From Planctomycetota bacterium (GTDB lineage: Bacteria; Planctomycetota; B15-G4; SIAN01), in contig JANNXA010000005.1 in assembly GCA_031409275.1 (NCBI GenBank), forward strand, positions 1-51,317: a stretch of DNA of 51,317 bases. Reading direction: 5' to 3'. The notes beneath the pieces were generated by a model. It was not told where the DNA came from. It ran no database searches and saw nothing but the letters and a program-made list of their open reading frames with translations. Both the position numbers and the translations under genes were made by a program. Positions 45,410 through 51,317 of this stretch are shown here, piece after piece (position 1 is the stretch's first letter; the number at the start of each line of letters is the position of its first letter).

Positions 45410-45949
45410 ATGCGCCCCTCGCTGCTGATCCGCCGCCTCCACTACTGGACCACGGCGTTCGTCGCGCTGCCGCTGCTGGTGGTGATCGTGAGCGGGCTCC
45501 TGTTGCAGGCGAAGAAGCGGTGGGAGTGGGTGCAGCCCGCGGAGAGAGCGGCGAGCGGCGCGCCGCCCTCGGCCGCCGTCGGCTTCCCGGAGCTGCTGGC
45601 CGCGCTGGCCGAGCGGCCCGAGCTCTGCGTCACCGGCTGGTGCGACGTCGCGCGGCTCGACGTGCGACCGGCGAAGGGGCTGGCGAAGGCGTCGCTCGCG
45701 AACGGCCTCGAGGCGCAGCTCGACCTCGCCACCGGCGCGCTGCTGCACGTCGCTCCGCGCCGCTCCGACTGGATCGAGTCGCTGCACGACGGCTCCTGGT
45801 TCGCCGGCGAGTGGAGCAAGCTCGGCCTCTTCCTGCCGGTCGGCGTCGCGCTGCTGCTCCTGTGGGCGAGCGGCGTCTGGATGTTCGTCCAGCCGTTCCT
45901 GGTGCGGCGCAAGGCCGCCCGCGAGGCAGCCGCGCGCCGCAGCGGGTGA
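45410..45949 (+). CDS. PepSY-associated TM helix protein
   Basis: RRLHYW + TM + SGLLL; LDVRP.KG; IESLHDGSWF + TM + SGVWM. Confidence 0.8.
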   Translation: MRPSLLIRRLHYWTTAFVALPLLVVIVSGLLLQAKKRWEWVQPAERAASGAPPSAAVGFPELLAALAERPELCVTGWCDVARLDVRPAKGLAKASLANGLEAQLDLATGALLHVAPRRSDWIESLHDGSWFAGEWSKLGLFLPVGVALLLLWASGVWMFVQPFLVRRKAAREAAARRSG

Positions 45950-46043
45950 GGCGTCCAGCGGCGCGCCGCGCGCGAGCGTTGCAACCCCGCCGCCTCGGGC
46001 GCACTCTGCGGCCGGTACGCGAGGGGTGCGCGAGGAGCGAGCG

Positions 46044-46988
46044 ATGGCGAGTCGGGCGATGAAACGTCGGGCGATCGAGCGGCACGGGAACGCGGGCGGC
46101 GCGGCGCGCGACGGAGTGCGGTGGCTCGGCGCGGCGGCGCTGCTGGCAGCGTCCCTCGTGGCCGCCGGCTGCGGGGCATTCCGCCGTTCGGCGCATGTCG
46201 GGCCGCTCGTCGAGCTCGACACGCTGCTGCCCTCCGAGGGGCTGCTCGACGCCGACGTGGAACTCGACTTCTATGCGGGCCAGCTCGACCTGCGCGCGGC
46301 GCAAGGCGGGCCGCTGGTGCGGGTGCGCTCGCGCGACAACCTCGACGAGTTCGCGCCGCGCGTGGAACTGTCGCGCTCCGGTGACCGCGCCAACGCGCAC
46401 GTCTGGCTGCACGGCGACTCGCGGTTGAAGGTGGACTTCGACGACGAGGTGGTGAACGAGTGGCAGGTCGAGCTGTCGGACGAGGTGCCGATGAGCCTCT
46501 CGCTCGACGTCGCGATGTTCGACGGGACGCTCGATCTCGGCGGGCTGCGCCTGCGCCGCGCGACGCTCTCGATGGGGCTCGGCGAAGGGAAGCTGCTCTT
46601 CTCCCGCCCGAATCCGCGCACGCTCGAGCAGCTCGACGTCGAGCTCGGCGCCGGTTCGTTCCGGGTCCTGCAGCTCGGCCACGCGCGCTGCGCCAACGCC
46701 CGCTTCGAGCTGTCGAGCGGCAGCTTCGAGCTCGACCTCGGCGGCGACTGGAAGCAGCCGGCGCTGCTGCGCGTCGACGGCGGCATGTGCCGCGTGAAGG
46801 TGCGCGTGCCGGCCAACCTGCCGCTGCGCATCGACGGCAGCGAGACGCAGCTGGGTGAGCTCGACGTCGCCGGCTTCCGCGAGATCGAGCCGCACTGCTG
46901 GGTCAGCGACGCGTGGGACTCCGGCCGCCCGCAAGTCGTGCTGGAGCTGAACGTCAACCTCGGCAGCGTCGAGGTCGTGCGGGAGTAG
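46044..46988 (+). CDS. Putative lipoprotein with DUF2154/LiaF-like ('toast rack') beta repeats
   Basis: GAGGAG SD; lipobox VAAGC; repeats LDLGGLRL, LDVELGAG, LDLGGDW, VNLGSVEV. Confidence 0.65.
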   Translation: MASRAMKRRAIERHGNAGGAARDGVRWLGAAALLAASLVAAGCGAFRRSAHVGPLVELDTLLPSEGLLDADVELDFYAGQLDLRAAQGGPLVRVRSRDNLDEFAPRVELSRSGDRANAHVWLHGDSRLKVDFDDEVVNEWQVELSDEVPMSLSLDVAMFDGTLDLGGLRLRRATLSMGLGEGKLLFSRPNPRTLEQLDVELGAGSFRVLQLGHARCANARFELSSGSFELDLGGDWKQPALLRVDGGMCRVKVRVPANLPLRIDGSETQLGELDVAGFREIEPHCWVSDAWDSGRPQVVLELNVNLGSVEVVRE

Positions 46989-47129
46989 CGGGGGGCGGTG
47001 CCCTCCAGCAAGCGGAAGCGGAGGCGCAGACGAGGGAGCGCACGGCGCGAAGGTGAGTGCTGGTTGCTCGCGGAGCGCGCGGTTACCGGGCACTCTCTTC
47101 GCCGAACGTCGCGATCCGTGATTTGATGA

Positions 47130-47158
47130 CTTGACGCCTTGCCGGCCCGCGCTACTCC
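47130..47158 (+). promoter_or_regulatory. Putative sigma70-like promoter TTGACG-N16-TACTCC
   Basis: TTGACG 47131-47136 and TACTCC 47153-47158, closely similar to the element at 8239-8267. Confidence 0.55.
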
Positions 47159-47254
47159 AAGTCACCGACCGATCGACCGACCACGCGGTCGTGAGCGCTC
47201 CTCGCGTTTGAACGCGCGACGTTGGCTCTCGACCAGGGGTATTCGCGGCGCTTC

Positions 47255-49822
47255 ATGCGCCGCGCAGGAGGGCAGGGCGATGCGGAACGAGACACCCGAA
47301 CTCGGCAGGCAACTCGGCCACCAGCCGCGAGGCGCTACGGCGCTACGGCGCTACGGCGCTACCTAGGAATTGCTGCGATCGTCGTGCCGGCGATGTTCCT
47401 GGTTCCTTGGTTGAAGCAGGCCGGCAGCGGTCGACCGAGCGGCTCTGACGCTCCGACAAGCGCTCCGGACTCGGTTGTGCCCGCGGTAGCCGATCGACCT
47501 GAAGGAGACTCGTCGACGAACTCGGCGTCGGCAGGGCAGTTCGCCGCTGACGCGACGGTGACGCCGCTGGTCAGTCGCAAGGCCCTCGGACTGGCGGCAG
47601 CCCCGCTCCACTTCGTCCAGAACCAGGGGCAGTTTCCCCCGAACGCTCGATTCGTCGCCGTCACGGCAGGCCTTCGCGTCGCGGTCACGGATCGGGGGGT
47701 CTCCTTCGCGGCACCGCAGCTGGATCCTGACGGCGTGTCGCGCTGGCGGATGTTCGCGATCGACTTCGTCGACCCGGCCGTCCCGTGCGTCCTCGAGGGC
47801 GAAGGGAAGATCACGGGGACGTACAACTACTTCCTCGGCGACGACCCGAAGTCGTGGTGGAGCGCCGTTCCGGCGTACACGTCGGTCCGGTTCAAGGAGG
47901 TCGCCGCCGGCGTCGACGTCGTGTTGGTCGACCGTGACGGTGCACTCGCGTACGACCTGATCTGCGAGCCGGGCGCAAACGTCGAGGCCGCGGAGTTCAC
48001 CTGCCACCTCGCCGATGACCTCGCGGTCATGTCCGACGGCGCCCTTGCGCTCTCGACCGATCTCGGCCCTCTGCAGCACGCGGCTCCGAAGGCGTGGCTC
48101 GAGGACGAATCGGGAGTCACGGAGCCGGTCGCCTGCGCATTCGAGCTGCGAGACGAAGGGCGGTTCGGGTTCCGGGTCGAGGGGCGGGACCCTGCGCAGC
48201 GGCTGGTGGTCGATCCGTCGCTGCACTGGTCGACGTACTTCGGGGGCTCGGACGACGAAGAGGTCGAAGCGATCGAGGTTGATGCCGGCGTCGTCACGAT
48301 CGCCGGAACGACGAGCTCCGCGAACTCGGGGACGGTTCCGTTCCCGATCTGGCCGGCGACGGCCCCGCCAAATCATCAGATCGTCTTGCGCGGCGGCAAG
48401 GACGCCTTCATCACTCGGCTCGATCCGTCGCAGCCTGCCGCGTCGCAGTTGATCTTCTCGACCTACCTGGGGGGCACGATCGCCAACTCCAACGACCTGA
48501 CGGAACTGGAGGCGATGAGTGTCGACGACTCGGGCGGGGTTGCCCTGGTGGGAACGACCACTTCGACCAGTTTTCCCGTCAGCGCGTCACCGCTGCAGTC
48601 GACTCATCCGTCCGCCCCCGGATTGAGCGGCTTCTTGACCCACTTCTCCATCGGAACCAGCCCGACCAGCGTGACGCTCGACTACTCGACGTACTTCGGC
48701 GGAACGGCGGGCGACACCTACGTCTACGACCTCGACCTGAACTCGGGCACGGTTGCGTCGATCTGCGGCAGCACATTCGATGGGTTGCTGGTGAGTTCCA
48801 ATGCCTATGACGGCGACTACGACGGACCAGGCGGAACCTACGCGGTGGCCGATGCCTTCGCTGCGCGCATCGACTGGACGCTGCCGGGAACTTCGGGGTT
48901 GGTCTATTCGACGTACCTGAGCGAGTACCCCGGGGCACCGAAGAACTCCCTCGACTGGGCCAAGGCGGTGAAGTGGTCGAATAGTCGGTTGTACGTTGGT
49001 GGCGAGACCGGCAACGCAGGATTCAAGCTTTCGGCAGCGCCGTTCGATTCGATCTACGCGCTCGGTGAGCCCTTCATCGTCAAGCTCAATCCGGCCCTGT
49101 CGCCTTTGAACCAACTCGAGTACGCGACTTTCCTTGGGGGCAGCGGGTACGACCATATCGAAGACATCGATGTCTTGAACGGCGCGATCTACGCCTGCGG
49201 TGCGACCAACTCAACCGACTTCCCTGTGACTCCCTGGAACCCCACCGCACCATTCAACCAACAAGAGGCACCTGGCTTCGATCGCCTCCACGATGGGCTC
49301 AACCTCCACGGATGGGTAGTGAAGTTGAAGCCGAATTTCTTCCCTGGTACCCCAGCCTATGACCTTCGATATGGCACATACATCGGTGGTGGTAGCACCG
49401 ATTGGTGCTACGCGATCCGTCGCTTGAGCAGCACATCGGTCGTGGTCGTCGGGAAGACCGACAGTGATGGCACCTTCGGTAGGGTGTTCCCGCTCGGCTC
49501 GACCGACCCCGCTGCGACGGTGGACTCCACTTTTGGAGGGGGGTTCGACGCATTCGTCACCGCGCTTTCCTGGGGATCGTTCGTCTACCCGCCCATCGAG
49601 CAACCCTTGATTGGGACGCAGTTGCGCTACTCGACGTTTCACGGTGGTACCGGATCGGACAGCGCCTACGGTGTCGCGACGGACGGAATGGACGCGTACG
49701 TCGGAGGGGCGGTCGAGGGGCCTGGAATGGACCTTGCCGGGAACGTCTTCGATTCGACCTCGGACCAGGCCGACGGTTTCGCCGCTCATTGGGCCATCCC
49801 GTCCGCGCAGCAGCAGCAGTGA
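47255..49822 (+). CDS. SBBP-repeat (beta-propeller) surface protein with N-terminal membrane anchor; start ambiguous, possibly frameshifted
   Basis: FVQNQGQ...NYFLGDDP..W...VPAY N-domain and seven (Y/W/F)(S/A/G)T(Y/F)xGG-type repeats. The in-frame ATG 47255 has a weak SD; ATG 47280 has AGGAGG but is out of frame by one repeat unit. Confidence 0.8.
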   Translation: MRRAGGQGDAERDTRTRQATRPPAARRYGATALRRYLGIAAIVVPAMFLVPWLKQAGSGRPSGSDAPTSAPDSVVPAVADRPEGDSSTNSASAGQFAADATVTPLVSRKALGLAAAPLHFVQNQGQFPPNARFVAVTAGLRVAVTDRGVSFAAPQLDPDGVSRWRMFAIDFVDPAVPCVLEGEGKITGTYNYFLGDDPKSWWSAVPAYTSVRFKEVAAGVDVVLVDRDGALAYDLICEPGANVEAAEFTCHLADDLAVMSDGALALSTDLGPLQHAAPKAWLEDESGVTEPVACAFELRDEGRFGFRVEGRDPAQRLVVDPSLHWSTYFGGSDDEEVEAIEVDAGVVTIAGTTSSANSGTVPFPIWPATAPPNHQIVLRGGKDAFITRLDPSQPAASQLIFSTYLGGTIANSNDLTELEAMSVDDSGGVALVGTTTSTSFPVSASPLQSTHPSAPGLSGFLTHFSIGTSPTSVTLDYSTYFGGTAGDTYVYDLDLNSGTVASICGSTFDGLLVSSNAYDGDYDGPGGTYAVADAFAARIDWTLPGTSGLVYSTYLSEYPGAPKNSLDWAKAVKWSNSRLYVGGETGNAGFKLSAAPFDSIYALGEPFIVKLNPALSPLNQLEYATFLGGSGYDHIEDIDVLNGAIYACGATNSTDFPVTPWNPTAPFNQQEAPGFDRLHDGLNLHGWVVKLKPNFFPGTPAYDLRYGTYIGGGSTDWCYAIRRLSSTSVVVVGKTDSDGTFGRVFPLGSTDPAATVDSTFGGGFDAFVTALSWGSFVYPPIEQPLIGTQLRYSTFHGGTGSDSAYGVATDGMDAYVGGAVEGPGMDLAGNVFDSTSDQADGFAAHWAIPSAQQQQ
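47331..47362 (+). repeat. Perfect octanucleotide tandem repeat (GGCGCTAC)x4
   Basis: Read directly: ggcgctac ggcgctac ggcgctac ggcgctac, then ctagg. Confidence 0.97.
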
Positions 49823-49837
49823 GTGGAGCGATTCATC

Positions 49838-51317
49838 ATGAGCAGGAAGGTCATCTCGATGGCGGCTTCGGTATTCGGCGTCGCCGCCGTGTGCGGTCGC
49901 GGTGGCATCGGCAGCGCACATGCGCAAGAGATCCTCGCGGAGTGGGACTCGAAGCACTCGACCGGCGCATGGGATGGGTTTGGCAACGACGTCGCCGTGC
50001 TAGGCGACATCAACTTCGATGGGTGGATCGATGTCCTCGTCGGTTCGTTCAATTACGACGTCTCCGGCCCCACCTACGAGGACGGCGCTGCCTTCGTCGT
50101 CTCCACCCAGGACGGCTCGTTCCTGCGGCAGCACTTCGGCTCGGCGCGCTTCGGTCGCTTCGGTCTCGCGCTGGATGGCGGTCCCGATCTTGATGGAGAT
50201 GGAGTCTCCGACTACGCAGTCGGGGCGCCGCTCGAGCGTGGCAAGCAAGCGATGAGCGGGCGTGTGCACGTCTTCTCGGGTGCCACCGGCGCCGTCCTCT
50301 ACGTGCTGGATGGCGAACGCAACGGCGACGACTTCGGCTACGACCTGTCGTTCGTTGGCGACCTCGATGGTGACGGCGCGTCCGAGCTGGTCGTGGTGGC
50401 CGAATGGTGGGACGACTACTCGCTGCTGCTCGGTCAGTGCGGACGAGCCTACTGCTATTCGGGACGCACTGGCGCGACGCTCTGGACCGTCGAAGGAGTC
50501 CAGCAAGACCAGATGCTGGCGCGCTGCTGCCCGATGGACGACTTCAATGGCGATGGCGTTCCCGAAGTCGGTCTCGGGTCGATCGGCAGCGGATCGGGAA
50601 GCGCCGGCGAGGGGACCTTCGACGTCATCGATGGCAAGACGGGCCTCTCGCTGCAGCGGATCGCCGGGCAGAACGCGCTGGAGCAGTTCGGCCACTGCGG
50701 ACAGACCGGCGACATCGATGGCGATGGTGTTCGCGATCTACTGATCGGCGCCCCGAACTGGCCAGCGCCGACGACGCGGTCAGGCCGTGTCTACGTGATC
50801 TCCGGCGCGACGTTGGCCGAGCTGCATCATTTCGACGGCGAGGCGAAGGATGAGTTCCTCGGCGCGATCTCGCTGCGCTTCGGTGAGTTCGATGCCAATG
50901 GTGATGGGTGGCAGGACATCGCCTTCGGAGCGGTCAATCGCGTCCGCGATGGGTGCGCACCCGGTGTCGAGTCGCTCTATTGCGGTCGGACGTTTCGGTT
51001 GCTCTACGAGTTGCGCGCCCAGCCGATTCACGGCATGGACGATCTCCTCGGCGTCGCCGGCGCCCCCATCGCCGACCTCAATGGAGACGGCACGCTCGAC
51101 GCCATCGTGACCGCCTACGGCGGCCTCGGCGGCGGTGGTGGCCTCGCCGGCCGTGTCTACCTCGTCGGGATGAAGACGATCTTCCTGCAGGGCGACCAGA
51201 GCGAGTACCAGTCGGGCGACTCGATCACGCTGCGCCTCACCGGCGGCGCGCCCGGCGTGCTGGGGCTGATCGCGGTGGTCTCCGTCGACGGCGTGCCGCT
51301 CTTCCAGCCGGTCGCCT
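49838..51317 (+). CDS. Secreted FG-GAP repeat protein (single 7-bladed propeller) with the shared C-terminal domain; 3' end outside window
   Basis: Absent from the ORF track because it has no stop in the window. Hand translation MSRKVISM...AHA/QE with 7 Ca-loop motifs (GDINFDG, PDLDGDG, GDLDGDG, DDFNGDG, GDIDGDG, FDANGDG, ADLNGDG), then IFLQ...GDSITLRLTGGAPG...VSVDGVP. Confidence 0.88.
   Translation, partial: MSRKVISMAASVFGVAAVCGRGGIGSAHAQEILAEWDSKHSTGAWDGFGNDVAVLGDINFDGWIDVLVGSFNYDVSGPTYEDGAAFVVSTQDGSFLRQHFGSARFGRFGLALDGGPDLDGDGVSDYAVGAPLERGKQAMSGRVHVFSGATGAVLYVLDGERNGDDFGYDLSFVGDLDGDGASELVVVAEWWDDYSLLLGQCGRAYCYSGRTGATLWTVEGVQQDQMLARCCPMDDFNGDGVPEVGLGSIGSGSGSAGEGTFDVIDGKTGLSLQRIAGQNALEQFGHCGQTGDIDGDGVRDLLIGAPNWPAPTTRSGRVYVISGATLAELHHFDGEAKDEFLGAISLRFGEFDANGDGWQDIAFGAVNRVRDGCAPGVESLYCGRTFRLLYELRAQPIHGMDDLLGVAGAPIADLNGDGTLDAIVTAYGGLGGGGGLAGRVYLVGMKTIFLQGDQSEYQSGDSITLRLTGGAPGVLGLIAVVSVDGVPLFQPVA

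Noticed and set aside
49808..49819. (CAG)4 at the end of the SBBP gene
   Set aside because: A short in-frame triplet encoding QQQQ; it cannot shift the frame.
1..51317. tRNA, rRNA, IS or prophage elements
   Set aside because: No recognisable cloverleaf, rRNA, transposase or phage motifs by eye. A covariance-model scan was not possible.

Overview
A very GC-rich bacterial window, most likely Planctomycetota given the DUF1549/DUF1553 gene and the planctomycete cytochrome c-WD40 gene at the left end. It holds about 31 protein-coding genes, mostly secreted or cell-envelope proteins. I saw no rRNA, tRNA, CRISPR array, integrase or transposase. The dominant feature is an expanded family of secreted FG-GAP (integrin-alpha-like) beta-propeller proteins: five 14-bladed copies, one 7-bladed copy cut by the window end, and one 79-aa internally deleted copy. 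All share an unnamed ~100-aa C-terminal domain ending '...G(F/W)xGxxxDS...Lx(F/L)E', a candidate secretion or surface-sorting module. Other signals: (i) a perfect (GGCGCTAC)4 tract that puts the best-supported start codon of an SBBP-repeat surface protein out of frame, a candidate phase-variation switch; (ii) a promoter-like signature CTTGACG-N15/17-CTACTCC in three intergenic regions; (iii) a 38-aa membrane microprotein missed by the ORF track; (iv) an ACGGAACG octamer upstream of four FG-GAP genes; (v) a sugar isomerase/Gfo oxidoreductase pair separated by the FG-GAP array. Conventional genes include rlmD, an HI0933/YhiN flavoprotein, rsmE, fbp, a glycosylasparaginase, M64 and S41 peptidases and an agmatine deiminase-like enzyme. 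All family assignments come from motif recognition by eye; no searches were run.
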